Shown piece by piece: positions 38,704 to 52,319 of a stretch of DNA of 64,000 bases. Made by a program: the position numbers and the translations under genes. Each line of letters opens with the position of its first letter. The first letter of the stretch is position 1. Origin of the DNA: Hemiscyllium ocellatum (lineage: Eukaryota). Where the stretch lies: NCBI RefSeq assembly GCF_020745735.1, contig NC_083420.1, positions 30,752,001 through 30,816,000 of the forward strand, written 5' to 3'. A model generated the notes under the pieces. That model saw only the letters and a program-made list of their open reading frames with translations. It made no database searches and was not told the DNA's origin.

Positions 38704-39084
38704 CAACAAAAAGAGGGAAGAGGAACCATGGAAGTGAATAGTCTGTCACATTCGTGCTGCCTGGTTGCACAGTAATGAATTTTTACACATTAACAATTGA
38801 AATATATCATGATTGATTGTTTAAATGCGGGAATTGAGCATCCTGCATCTCAGTTGCTACATAACTGCAGTTTACTGAGTTAGAGAATGTCAGGAAAGTT
38901 CTCACTTCAATAATGGCCACAGGTGACTTTTGGGATGATGTTGCATAAGACAGGAAACTTTGCAGGAATTTCACTTCTGAGCAGTTCCAAGTAAATCTAT
39001 TTGAAAATGACTGAGAATAAGCTGAGGCTCAACAGCTGGGCCCTGTTAACATTCATAATCCTGCCTCATAACTGAAGAGTAGTC

Positions 39085-40030
39085 ACATATAGAATGATAG
39101 AAAACGTGAGCAGGAGTAGGCTTTTTGACCCTGCTCCACCATTCATAATGAACATGGTTGATTATCCAACCCCATAGTGTGTTCCTGCTTTTCCTCCAAG
39201 TGATTTGATCCCCTTAGTCTCAGCCAAGTGTTACATCCAACTCCTTCTTGAAACTACACAATGTTTTTGCCCTGATGTTTTTTTTGTGGTAGCAAATTCC
39301 ACATCTCAATCCTAAATTATTTCTGCCATATCTGTAGACTATGACCCTGGCTCTGGACTGTCCTCCACTGGGAACAGCCTTCCTGCATCCTGCATCTACC
39401 TTGTCTGGTCCTGTTAGAATTTTATAGAATTTTCTTTGAGATGCCCACCCCCGACCTCATTCTTTTGAATGCCACTGAATATAATCCTAACCAAATTTGG
39501 GGTGGCATAAATGTTACAGTGGCTCGCACTGCAGTCTCACAGCGTCAGGAACTTGGGTTTGATTCCAAACTTGGGTGACTGCCTGTGTAGAGTTTGAACA
39601 TTCTCCCTGTGTCTGCGTGGGTTTCCTCTGGATGCTCCAGTTTCCTCCCACAATCTAAACATGTGCAGGTTAGGTGGATTGGCCATGGTAAATTGCCCAT
39701 AGTGTCCAGACATGGGTAGGCTAGGTGAGTTGGTCATAAGAAATGCAGGGCTACAGGGTAGGCAGTGGGTCTGGGTGGAATGCTCTTTGGAGATTCAGTG
39801 TAGACCCGATGGGCCAAATGGCCTGCTTCCACACCGTAGGAATTCCATGATCCAACCTCTCATGATGTTGGTCCTACCTTCCCAGGAATCAATCTGGTAA
39901 ACCTTCACTGCACTCTCTCTATAGCAATAACATCTTTCCTCGGATAATGAGACCAAAACTGCACACAATATTCCTGGTGTGGTCTCACCAAAGCCCTATA
40001 TAAATGCATCAAGAATTCTTGCTCCTGTAC
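39085..40030 (-). mobile_element. CR1 3' fragment interrupted by an HE1 SINE
   Basis: HLYRALVRPHQEYCVQFWSHYPRKD..ERVQ, with continuation below 39495. Confidence 0.8.
39499..39850 (+). mobile_element. HE1-type V-SINE nested in CR1
   Basis: tRNA head, V-domain, gggccaaatggcctgcttccacac tail. Confidence 0.85.
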
Positions 40031-40394
40031 CATCCTTGAGCTTAAACAACATACTGCAAAAAACATGCAATTAAAAGTTGTCATCAATTTAATACAGAAA
40101 TAAGGAGATTTCTTTTCTCTCTGAGGGTCATTATTCTATGGAAGTTTTCCTTCCCCAGAATGCTATGCCACTGAATAATAATAACTCGAAAGTCCACAAG
40201 ATGCCATCACCTATGGATATTAAAGCCCCAACCTTATGTTAGTCGCAGGAAGGTTGGAACAAATTGAAATTCAGTTATAAATACTCAATAGATAAAAAAT
40301 GTTTGAAAATTCAATAATCTGACTTTTTATAGGCTACAAAGCAGCTGATTGCTCTGGTTACATTCAGCAAAGTAAATAGCAATATAATCAAAGA

Positions 40395-40518
40395 ACTACA
40401 GCTGCTGGAGATCTGAAACAAACAAAAACAGAAACTGCTGGAGAAATTCAGCAGGTCTGGCAGCATCTGTGGAGAGAAAATAGTTATGCTTTGAGTCCTG
40501 TGACCTTTCTTCAGAACT
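40395..40518 (-). mobile_element. PLE-type pLTR fragment (family C) with degenerate HHR
   Basis: Minus strand agttCTGAAGAaaggtcacaggactcaaagcat; homologous to 19981-20082. Confidence 0.65.
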
Positions 40519-41209
40519 AAGAAAATATGAAGCTTGTTTTGATGTGCTTCAGTTACCCAAATTACAAATGTTGTGAACTGTAGACATTTGATTCAAACAG
40601 AAGTCTCATTCAACTTTATACTTTTCATGAAACTCTTTCATTCTCTGCTTCCATACAGCTGTCCTGATTGAAATGTGAATTTTACTAAATTGGTTAATAA
40701 TTTATCAACATTTAGCAGCTGCATATGATGGTATGTGAAATAAAAAAAAGTTCAACAGACTATTTCTCTTTGTTCATATTTTTTTAAATTACTTATCGCG
40801 TTTTAATATACAAAGATAAATAATGCAGTATCTCCATCAATTCCTTCTTTAAGGAAAGAAAAGACTTGCATTCATGTAGTGCCTATCACAACTTCAAGAT
40901 GTTCCAAAAGCATTTAGCAGACAATTGAGTACTTTTGACACCCAGTCAGTCATTACTGTAATCAGCCCGTTAGCACATATTTCCTGGTTGAAATGGACAG
41001 GCAAGTAACAGTCAGTTCTACTATTCATGGTCTATCAAGACTGCTATAAAGCAGGCAGAGAGGTTTTATGACTAAAAGCTCCTCGCTAATTAATGAGTCA
41101 CTGATCACATTCTACTGATGTATTATATTAACAGTGCTGGAGCAATAAGAACCCACTGTTATAATCTGTACATCCTACAGCACAAGGAAAGGATATGTGT
41201 ACTGAAATG

Positions 41210-41449
41210 TACAGGTAAAAACAAGGACTGCAGATGCTGGAAACCAGAGTTGAGATTAGAGTGGTGCTGAAAAAGCACAGCAGGTCAGGCAGCATCCGAG
41301 GAGCAGGCAAATTGATGTTTCGGGCAAAAGCCCTTCATCAGGAATAGAGCCCTCTATTCCTTATGAAGGGCTTTTGCCCGAAACGTCAATTTGCCTGCTC
41401 CTCGGATGCTGCCTGACCTGCTGTGCTTTTCCAGCACCACTCTAATCCA
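41210..41449. mobile_element. PLE family A-related palindrome with two head-to-head HHRs
   Basis: 96-bp arms 41254-41349 / 41352-41447, 3 mismatches, 2-nt loop; TSD gtactgaaatg at 41199-41209 and 41450-41460. Confidence 0.9.
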
Positions 41450-41799
41450 GTACTGAAATGAATGCACAGTGTGAAACACCCAGTGACCAACATGGTCTTT
41501 TGAGTGAAAAGAATTGATCAATGGTCAGCTGTCTCCAAACAGAAGGATAAAAATAGCAGTACGGTACAGTAGTGTATGCTAAACAGTTTAGGTTGTTATT
41601 CATTTGATTTTTGAGGAATGTGGGGTGATCCATTCAAAATTCTAAGGCTTGACAGAGTAGAAATTGAGAGGACTGAATCACAAACTGGGGAACACAGTTA
41701 CAGAGTAAGTGGAAACGCATTTAAAACTGCGATGACAAGGAATTTCTAAGAGGGAAGTGTATCTCAGGAACTCTCTACATCAGTTGTGCAGAGTGTAAA

Positions 41800-42610
41800 T
41801 TTTGAAGGCGGTGGATGCACTAAACCTGGCTATGTTATCCTAGATTGTGTCAAGTTTCTTGAATGTTGCTGGAGCTGTTTTCCTCCAGTCAAGTGGCAAG
41901 AACTCCATCAGGCCTCTGAACTGTACCTTGAAGATGGTGGACAAACATTGAGAAATTGAGAAGTTATTCTGTGTCATCATTAGCCTCATGACCCATTTGT
42001 CTAAACGCAGAATTTAATTGGCTGCTCCACATAAATAGTTACAGTTCCTGGTAAATGGAAACCACAAGAATATTGACAGTGAGAAAATTAGTAATGGTAA
42101 TGCCTTTGAATGTAAAAGGGAGATGGTTAGTTCCTCTCTTGTTGGAAATGACCATTGTCTGGTACTTGTGTGTCATAAACATTACTTACTACTTATCAGG
42201 CAAAGCATAAATATTGACCAGGTTTTGCTATATATGGATATGGACATCAACAAATGTCCCTTGTTTTGACTTTGATAGATGGAACATAATTGAAACAGTG
42301 GAAGGTGGCTGAACCTAGGTATGTTCTGAGACTGAAATGATAGTTCTCCCAAACAATCCCAACCATGTTCCTTTGTTCTAAATATAACTCCAACCGTCGA
42401 AGACATTTTCATCCCAAATTTCCATTGATTTAACTTCACCGGGGCTCAGTGATGCCATAACTGATCAAATGTTGCCTTGGAATCAAGGGCAGTCACTCCC
42501 ATCTCATTTCTGCAATTCAATTCTTTTGTCTATACTTGGGGCACAGCTTAATGAAATCAGGAGCTGAGCAGCGCTGGTGGAATCCAAGCTGGATGCCAGT
42601 AAGTTTATTG
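41800..42610 (-). mobile_element. Degenerate CR1/L2-group LINE fragment
   Basis: Remnant ALDSKATFDQLWH (RT motif) and similarity to the 35.6-36.6 kb copy. Confidence 0.6.
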
Positions 42611-42620
42611 CTGAGGAAGT

Positions 42621-42835
42621 GGGTGGCAAGGTGGCTCAATGGTTAGCACTGCTGCCTGGTTTGATTCCAGCCTTGGGTGACTGTCTATCTGTATGGAGTT
42701 TGCATATTCTCCCTGTGGCTGTGTGGGCTTCCACCGGGTACTCAGGTTTCCTCCCACAGTCCAAGATGAGCTGGTTAGGTGGACTGATCATGCCAAATTG
42801 TCCACAGTGTCCAGGAATGTGTAGGCTAAGTGCAC
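42621..42835 (+). mobile_element. HE1-type SINE, 3'-truncated
   Basis: ggtggctcaatggttagcactgctgcc...tggagtttgcatattctccc. Confidence 0.8.
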
Positions 42836-43229
42836 TATGTATTAATAACAAGACATATTAAATTAACAATGTAAAATTTCTCATATTTTACCTAAAGGTC
42901 CTTCCACTTACTTTGACAGATTATTTTAAGACATGGAAGCTTTCTTATTTGCAAAACTGTTAACTTAATATGGGCCACAGGAAAAAAGCCTTTCAATATC
43001 TTATGCCACAATGATACCCAATGATATTACATGCCATTTGGAATAGGGGAGTTGAAAAGACCTACTGCCATGCATGAAAATATCTTGAAACATTTCTAAA
43101 TGAATTATCAGAATGAACTCAATTCCCACATTTATGAAAAAAACAAAAACACAGTGCACACCATTACTGCACAGCAAAATCACTCCAAAATTACTTGACA
43201 GATTATGAAAAACCTAATTGTTGAATAAA

Positions 43230-43905
43230 GAGAGCTTGGGGTAAAGGTATATAGTTCCTTGAAAGTGGCGTCACAGGTAGTCAGGGTGGTGAAGAAGGCA
43301 TTTGGCACGCTGGGCTTCATTGGTCAGAGCACTGAGTGACATGTGAAGTTGGAATGTCACATTACAACTGTATGAGACATTGGCAAGGCCACATTTGGAG
43401 TACTGTGTACAATTCTGAGCACCCTGCTACAGAAACGATGTTACTAAACTGGAAAGGGTGCAAAACATGTGTACAGAAATGTCAGCGAGCCTGAAAAGTT
43501 TGAGTTTTAAGCACAAGCTGGATAGTCTGGGAATTTTATCCCTGGAACATAGCAGGCTGAGGGGTGATGTAGAGGTTTATAAAATCATGAAGGACATAGA
43601 TAAGGTGAATAGCCAAGGTATTTTGCTCAGGGTGGGGGAGTCCAGGACTAGAGGGCATAGGTTTAAGGTGAGAGGGGAAGGGGACCCGGAGGGCAACTTT
43701 TTTACACTAAGTGTGGTGTGTATTTGTAATGAGCTGCCAGAGGAAGTGGTAGACACTGGTATAATTACAATATTTAAAAAACATTTTGACAGGTACATGG
43801 ATAGGAAGGGTTTAGAGGAATATGGGCTAAGTACAGGCAAATGGGACTAGCTCAGTTTAGGGAATCTGGTCAGCTTGGGTATGTTTTCATATTGTATGAC
43901 TCCAT
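43230..43905 (+). mobile_element. CR1 3' fragment
   Basis: RPHLEYCVQF, LGILSLEHSRLRG, TRGHRFKVRG. Confidence 0.9.
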
Positions 43906-45699
43906 AATTCTATCACACTCAACACATACATTTTCAAAATTCAGTTTATTAAGCATAATCTCAAAGCTGTCATCAGCCATACCATATACCACTTTTAAAT
44001 TAAAATTACTGATTAGGAAATTGAGATCGTGATTTCAACTTAAATTTCAAAATATATTCATGACATTAAGTGGGATGATATTTTTACTCACAAGGCAATG
44101 AAATTCAGTACAACTTCAATTCTCTGTTAAAAGTCATTCTCCAACACAACATTTTTACTTTGACGTAGCAGTGTTGTCAGTTATTGACTGGTCAGAGTGT
44201 TATTATAGTTATAATTGTAATTTGAAGTGGAACTGAGGATTGCAAAGAAGACGTTACAATGCTAGAAATGTAATACCTTTGTTCTTATACCTTCCTTAAC
44301 TTGCGTTAAAACCTGAGCAGAGGTGAGATCAATGCTGACTTCCTAACTCTCACTGGATTACAACAGGAATGTTATCAATATGATCACTAGAACTGTATCA
44401 TTAACAAGAAATTCAAGTTAAACTGTCATAGTTAGAAACAAAAACTATGGGTACGTAGTTTCAAATCAACAACTAATGAATCCCTCTTGGCTTCAATGCA
44501 GCTTGCAGCCATGCTACAGTAATAGAGGCTTTTGGAAAACTAAATTGTAAAACTCAATTCAGTATAATGTGAGAAAAATAAAAAACGGCATTGTTAACCT
44601 TCCCAGATTTAGTCAGTGACATGACAATGAGTTTGTAAATCCCAAAATAAAGTTGGCAATCGAGGAATTTACACCGTGGATCACTTTCATGACTGTGAGA
44701 GCTTTAGAATATGATTGATATTTAGCCTGGACCTCAGCTAAAACCTCCAATATTTCTGCTCCCTTAGCATTGACAACAATGGTTATTCTTAACCATTTCA
44801 GTAAAAACCATCATTTGTTTTCAACTGCAGATCATGACATAAGATGTGTTCAGACCATCTCAACTGGAAAGGATCCTGAAAGATTCAAATTGCACTTTCT
44901 CCATTCAGATTTCATCCTTTCCCTACTTAATCTTGTCACATTTTACATTCAGTCACATTTGACCAAGCATGTGAGTTGACCTGGAATTGCAAGCATGAGG
45001 CAGACAAGCTGTCAAATAGATAATGACCATGAAACCAAAAGGGTTGTTACACCTTTTTATTGCATAAGACGCAAAAATGAATGCATGCTGCAAAACAGGA
45101 ACAATCTGAAGATCCTGTCACAAAAACTCTTTGCTTCACACTGGGGCTAGCCTGGTTGTCTTGTGTTAATCAGTAGAGTTGTAATCATGAAATAACCTTC
45201 CACTTTACTTTTTAAAAATCTTGTTGGCTCTGCATTTTAAACCATTTTGTATTAATAAAACATATTAGAGCATTCAAGTCATCATCCTTGGACACTCCTC
45301 CATTAACATGACTTTGCGACATTCATATGAAATTAACAGAATAACAAATTAAAAATTTTGCAACCATTGTATAGCATTCGTTAGATAGCGATTATTTTTG
45401 GTAACTCAGCTCTGGTGATCTAGCATTCCCAAATCACTAAACACAACTCTTTTTTTTATTTTAGTGCTTAAGACTAGAGATGTGTGAATATTTTATTTTT
45501 GATATAATTATTTCCAATAATTAACCTTCCTGCTCTTAGAGTGGGGCATAAATTCTGCCCAGGACGATGAAATTATAGCTCTTGCTCTCTCCTAGCTGCT
45601 AAACAAAAGCGGGATGTTTGCTATTCATATTTTCATTTTAAGGTGCATAAATTCCTGCCATTGAGTTAAAAGAGAAAATTACTGGGAGTCCTGGAAAAA

Positions 45700-46680
45700 T
45701 TGAACAAAGAACAATGTAGCACAGAAACAGGCCCTTCAGCCAACCAAAACTGTGATGACATGTGGTACCTTTCTAAACTAAAAACCTTTTACCTCTGTGT
45801 TGTCCATAATCCTCGATTCCCTCCCTATTCATATATCTTTCAATATGTCTCTGAAATGTTACTATGGTATTTGCTTCCACCACCTCTTCAGGCAGCACAT
45901 TCCAGGCATCTATCACCCTCTGTGTAAAAGAAAAACCTACCTCTAGTATCTCCTCTAAATTTATCCCTCTTTACCTTTAAACCTATGTCCCCAGTCAGTA
46001 TTTTCACCCCTCATCCTTCAATGTTCAAGTGAAAATAATCCAAATTTGTCGAATCTTTCCCCACAAGCTAATACCCTCCGAATCAGGCACATCCTGGTAA
46101 ACCTTTTCTATAACCACGCCAAAGCCTCCACATATATTTAGTAGGGTGATGACTAGAATTGTATACAATATCTCAAATGTGGTCTAACTAAAGTTTTACA
46201 CAGCTGCAACATCACTTTCCAATTTTTATACTCTATGCTCTGACTGATGCAAGCATGCCATATGCCTTCTTGACCACTTTATTCACTTGTGTTGCCATTT
46301 TCAGGAAACTGTGGATTTGTATGCCTAGAACCCTCAGTACGTTGATGCTATTAAGGGTTCTACCATTCACTATATACTTCCTCGAACCTTCCAAAATGCA
46401 TCACCTTGCACTTGTCCAGATTAAACTCCATCTGTCATTTCTCCGCCCAATCACTAGCCTATCTGTATCCTATTGTATCCTCTGGCAGTCCTCCTCAGTA
46501 TCTGCAGCTCCTCAAAACTTTCACAAGTTTACCAATCAGGTCACCTACATTCTTCTCCAAATCATTTATATATATTAAAACAACAGGGGACCCAGCACTA
46601 AACACTGTGGAACACCACTGCTCACAGATCTCCAAATTGAAAAACCCCCTTCCACCTCTATTCTCTGTCTTCCCTGACTC
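45700..46680 (-). mobile_element. Degenerate CR1 3' fragment
   Basis: gaacaaagaac tail, reverse-complement CR1 RT C-terminus. Confidence 0.8.
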
Positions 46681-48794
46681 GGCCAGTTCCTTTCATTCCT
46701 CGTGCTTCTTGGATTTGTTATCAGTATTCCAGCAGAACGTCTGATCTCACCTATTTTCCAATTAATGGCACGTTATAAAATACTGCAAAGGGCAGTCTCA
46801 GCTTTGTGTCTCCAAATGGTGATTTAACATAAACTAGGGTGAAAGTTTGAAGTTTTTCTGTCTCCACAGTTCCTCTGCTCAAGTCACATCTGAAGATTGG
46901 ATTAACTTTTACTTCTATCAAATACACGATTCACTCGTGTCTAAACATCTCATCCTAATGTTATTTTCTCTATCTTTTTTCATCGCCTTCCGGTGATACC
47001 ATATTGTAATTGCCCTTGAACTGATTGGCTTGCTTAGGTTAATTCAGAGGGCACTTACAAACCCCTCCATTGTGGGGCTGGAATCACATTCAGTCTAAAC
47101 CAGGTGGGGGACAGCAAACTTTCTTTTCTAAAGGACATCAGTGAATCACATGGGTTTTTTGTGTTAAGTGTGGTAAGCATTGTGACTAAAATTAGTTTAA
47201 TTCCAGATTTATTTAATAATTGAATTCAAATTCCAGCATCTGCCATGGTTAGATTTGAACTCATGACCCAGAACATTAGTTTGTGCCTCTGGATTACTAA
47301 TGGGTTTATCCTTTGTTGCAATCAACTTGGAAGTGATTTATCCTTTTACGACAATTACTTTTTAAAAAAACCTTTCTACTATTCTTTTCTACTACCAATG
47401 TCCCCCACAAATGCATTCAAATTTCTTATTTCAATAGTCAGTTCATAGTTGCAAAACAATAATATATTCCTTCTATTTGACTGCAAAGACATTAAAGCAA
47501 GAATAGATAGGGAAGCTTTATTTCATTAGTGGTCATAAAGTTAGCCAATCAGAAAATTTATTAGCCAGCTTTGAAGTTCATCAACCAACCCATTAAATAG
47601 AATAATGCTATGATATAATACCTTTTCCACCAGATTATTAGCCAAAACAAAATATATCTCGCTACATAAAGCTTGTATTAATAATCAGTGAACTGGCAAG
47701 TAGCCAAAGTGATCCCTGATTAAGTTAATGATGGATTGCATTCCTGTGAAAGGCTTGGCACTTAAGTTGAGAAAACACGACAATGAGCTTCATTTAGGCC
47801 TCATCACATCTGTTTACGAAAGTAGATTTAATACACTTGGACACAAATCCATATTTAGACCCAAACACACCTTTAAGAAGTTAAAAAAAATGTTTAAATG
47901 TATTTGTGATTAAAATTCATTGCTTTTTGACCTGACAGATTAATTGTTTTAGAGACATTCAAATATCCCTTTATGAAAGCTTATACTTTCTAAAGCATGG
48001 AATTAACCATCATCAGTTCCCTCTTGCCATTGTCAAGTTTTAACCTTGCAATGTAATTTACTGTGCCTTTCTCAACTTAACAGAACAAACAATGATACTG
48101 GCACTTTATGTTTCACACAAAATAGAAAGAGGGTAGATTTTTCCCCTCTTTGGAGGTGGCAAATGAATTGACAAGAGGAGAAAAATATTGGACAAGTTTG
48201 TTCTGGAGAGATACTCATTCCCTTCTTGCCAACTTCCCAATAAATACTGTATGAGGAGGTTCATATGTGACTTGTCAGCAATTAAGACCTCAAAGTGGCC
48301 AATAAATGGCAACTTAAGGATTGTCAATTACCACTTATCCAATGACCTGCTTTCTCTGGGGGCAAGAAAGATAGTTAGATTCATGACTGAGACATCATAT
48401 GGCAAACTGCCTCAAGTCATCCCAACCTGGGTGAATTCAGAAGCAAGGACATGGATCAAAGGGGCAGCCTCTGAGAATCACACCCCGGCTCTTATCTCCA
48501 ATCCACTTGAACACATTCACCCATAAGCTGGACTGTATGACAAAAAGATTAAAGAAAAATCCTTCTCATGCTGAATCAGTTCTGGATTAGTACTTAACTG
48601 GTGGACCTGAGGACCCAGAGCTGCCAGCCTTATGGTCACCCAATGCACCGATGTCAAGGAGCCTAAAAGGAAGGGATACTTGCACTCGCTCTCTTCTCAG
48701 AGAGAGCAATGCCGGCACTTAACGGAGGGAAATCTGGTGAACTCTCTCAACACATTAGTCACCAACTAAATTGGAAAATCCCAGTTGTGGTTTA

Positions 48795-49137
48795 GGTATT
48801 GATAGGGTGAATAGCTAAGGTATTTTCCCAGGGTGGTGGAATTGAAATCTGGAGAGCATCAGTTTAGGGTGAGAGGGGAAAGATTTAAAAAGGACCTAAG
48901 GGGCAACTTTTCACACAGAGGGTGGTGCATGTATGGAATGATCTGCCAGAGGAAGTGGTGGAGGCTGGTACAAATACAGCACTTAAAAGGAATCCAGATG
49001 GGTGCATGAATAGGAAGGGTCGAGAGGATATGGGACAAGTGCTGGAAAGTGGAATGAGATAAATTTAGGATATCTGGTCGGCATGGACAAGTTGGAAAAA
49101 GAGTCTGTTTCCATGCTGTACATCTCTAATGACTCTA
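48795..49137 (+). mobile_element. CR1 3' fragment
   Basis: Same family as 20931-21368. Confidence 0.85.
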
Positions 49138-52100
49138 CTGTCTCTCTCAAAATTAACACCCAAGTCTTCAGTTCAACATTGTTAATGCTACACAAGTGAG
49201 CAGTCACATATAGATGTCAAGCATAAACTAATTCTAGACTAATGTTATTGGGCAATAAATCATATGTCAATAAGAAATCTGCATATGGATTCAAGTACTT
49301 CTATAAGCATGATGAAAATCATATACAATTATTACTTTTAGCATTTTCTGTCAAAGGCAGAATTTAAGTCCTCTTCACCTTCCTGCCACCCGAGGAAAGG
49401 TCAAAGGCCAAGGGTAAGTGAGAGGGAGGGTATGGGCTGGAGTTGCTGTTGCCTTCCCACTTCCCTCCAGTTCAGTCTGGGCCAAGAAGCTGCAGATGGC
49501 CCTCCTGCCAACACACCAATTGAAATCATTCAATTGTTCAACCAGCAGCTAGTGGTTGAGTTGGGGTATACAGCAAACCCTGCCATGTTTTCCTACAGCT
49601 ATCCATCATTCAAAGGCACTCTATGCTTGATTGAGGGACCCAGCATTGGGGAGGAGAAGCCAACTCCCTGCCCTTGATGTTAATCCAATTCTCTGACAAC
49701 CCCATCTTAGCCTGCTTACTCGTCTCCAGAGGATATACTGCTGATCTCCAGGTAGCCCCCACTGTAGCAATGACAGCAACTTCTAATCCTAGAGCATTGT
49801 CTATACTGAACAACTGTTGGACTCTCAGCAGTAGCTCATGGGTGAGATTCCCACCCAGGTGAAGCCTCAATTCGGTTTGAGGGCCAGTACTGTCCAGGTA
49901 AATGCCTGATTCCCTCACAATAACATTGAGTCTCTCCACGGAGAAGCAACAAGAGGCAGGACCCATGTTGCCATCACTAAATTCAAGCCCGGATTTTCTG
50001 GTTCTCTTTTGACCATGTTTTGATTGCATGTTTTCCTTGAGTTAAAAACAATTAAACACTGACTGACACATTAATGTTCCACCTAGTTTCTCTGTATTGT
50101 ACATGATCCATTTGGCATTGCACACTCCATTTAAAAGATTGCCATTTGACTTCATGTATGCACATCTCAGTGTTTTCTTGCACAGCCTGTTTGCCCTCTT
50201 CAGAGTAAATTCTGGACTGCTGTGTGCCTTCACGTCTCTGCAAATCAGAGGAATATTTTTAGATAGGTACTTACCTGAAAAATACAAGTTCAAAAAGGAA
50301 CTAGACTATAAGTCTTCAATCTGGACTTGTTTGAACAAAAGTTAGCATCAGGAAAGTGGACTCTCAGTCTTTGGAAAAAAAAACACGAGAAGCTCCCAGG
50401 GGCATGGGAACGCAGCACTGTGGTTGGAAACCTATGATATTTATTGGTGTTTTAGCACCATTTGTTGGGGCTTTAATCTCTCAAATCAGAATCCTTTGCA
50501 AATTTCATTCAAATATGCTTTATAAGAAATATACAATTTTTCTGTGACTGCCAGAGTCATGGAATGGTCCCATTTCTAGTCTGTTCAATCTCTTTATGAT
50601 GTGAATGACACTTTTTTCCTTTGCATCAAAAAAATTCAGATTTCCACAAATATTGACATTTTGGTAATTACGTTACTACAACAAAAAAGAGTTACAAACT
50701 AATTGTCATGTGAATATGTATTTCTGGAGTACCGCAGTCACTGTAGCACTGCAGTCACATTCCAAGTATCAGTGTATTGACCCACCTGTCATATGGGGAG
50801 ATGCATAAAATAAATTCTGTGAAGCTCCTTTATTTTGAGTATTTCTAAATTATTGGAAGGAGAAAATATTTCATGGTGGCAGATGGTACCTTTGAGTAAA
50901 AATACAAACATTGAAGAAATCTGATCCTCAATTAGGTTGAAAATCAACCCAAATTTGTGCTGTCCAATGATAGTAAAACTGAGTGAACTGGACAAAGCAA
51001 AATGGCTACCATCGCTTAAAAAAAACATTTCAAGAAAATCGGAATGCTCACGGTTCATAGATACATTTGAGAAGTTGAAACAAAAGTGCAGACTGTCATT
51101 CAGTAGCTTTCCAAATGGAGAAGAAAAGATTAGCTCCATCCTTCTTGTTGCCAGGAGAGAGAGAGAGGATGAAATGTGTTTGATGCTGGGAGCTGAATGG
51201 AGAAAACAGCAGAAACTCAAGCAAAGTTCTGAAGACAGATATGCACATGTCTCCTGTCACGTTCACATCACAGAATTTACTGATATGTATTTCAAGGCTG
51301 GATATAACAATGATATCGATAATTCCTTAACATGGAATGTGAGAATGAGAAGTAAAAGAAACCAAATGTCCGTACCACACCAAGGTGATGATGAATGTGA
51401 GGATATAACAGACAAAGGAACCATACAGTGCAAGAAATGACTCAATGTAACATTTCTCAGAGAAAAAGCTATTCACACAACAATGCAGATTATGAACAGG
51501 GTATAAAGGAAGCTGAAGATTATTGAGGGGTGCAGAATAAAATTAACCCTCATGCTGAAGATCTTCCCAGTAAATTTTAAAGAGAATGAATTCTCAAGGA
51601 AAGGCACTTTGAAAGTGAGCAAAGTCATGGTAATGCCATAGGGGGCAAAGTGAGGTCTGACATGAGGAACAACCCAAATCAGAGTGATGTTAAAAATAGA
51701 ATGATGCTTACTGCAAGTTGGACATGACTGAAACAGACAGTGCTGTTATCTTGGGGTTGAACAGTTGTACAAAGCAGCAACTTACCTCAGTAAATCTTGA
51801 GGTAGAAAGATCCAATTACCCATTAGGGAGTGGATGTAACATCACTGAAACTGAGTCAAATTAGAGATGAGACCAGAAAAGATGAAGAATTATAGATACT
51901 TCCAGCAAGTGATCGAGGGATTATCTGTTAAGATAATAGCAAACATAGCCAGCTACACGATATATCACAGATGACACCCCACTTGAAGATGTTATGCTTG
52001 CTGATTCTGGAATAATCAGACCCAAAACGATGTAGAAAGAACTTCTCCACAAGATAAATGAAGCCGACTTGTGAATGGAGAACTGTGAGCTCAGAGCCAG

Positions 52101-52319
52101 ATCATCCATTTACAGGATAGCATCAGCAAAAAACATTGAAAGAATGGTTTATACATACAATGTATACTAGGAGGACAAAGGTATACTTTAAAAAAAGGTA
52201 ATGACCGTATCTAAATACCACTCTGACTGTAGCAGACTATAGGGAATCTGTTGTCAACAAGCAGGAATAATATTTTATAGGCCCAAATCATTCAATCTGA
52301 TTCAGAATCCATATTTTCA

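Noticed and set aside
49400-50030. 139-aa minus ORF as a Harbinger-like transposase remnant
   Set aside because: No recognisable DDE or Myb motif; unsupported.
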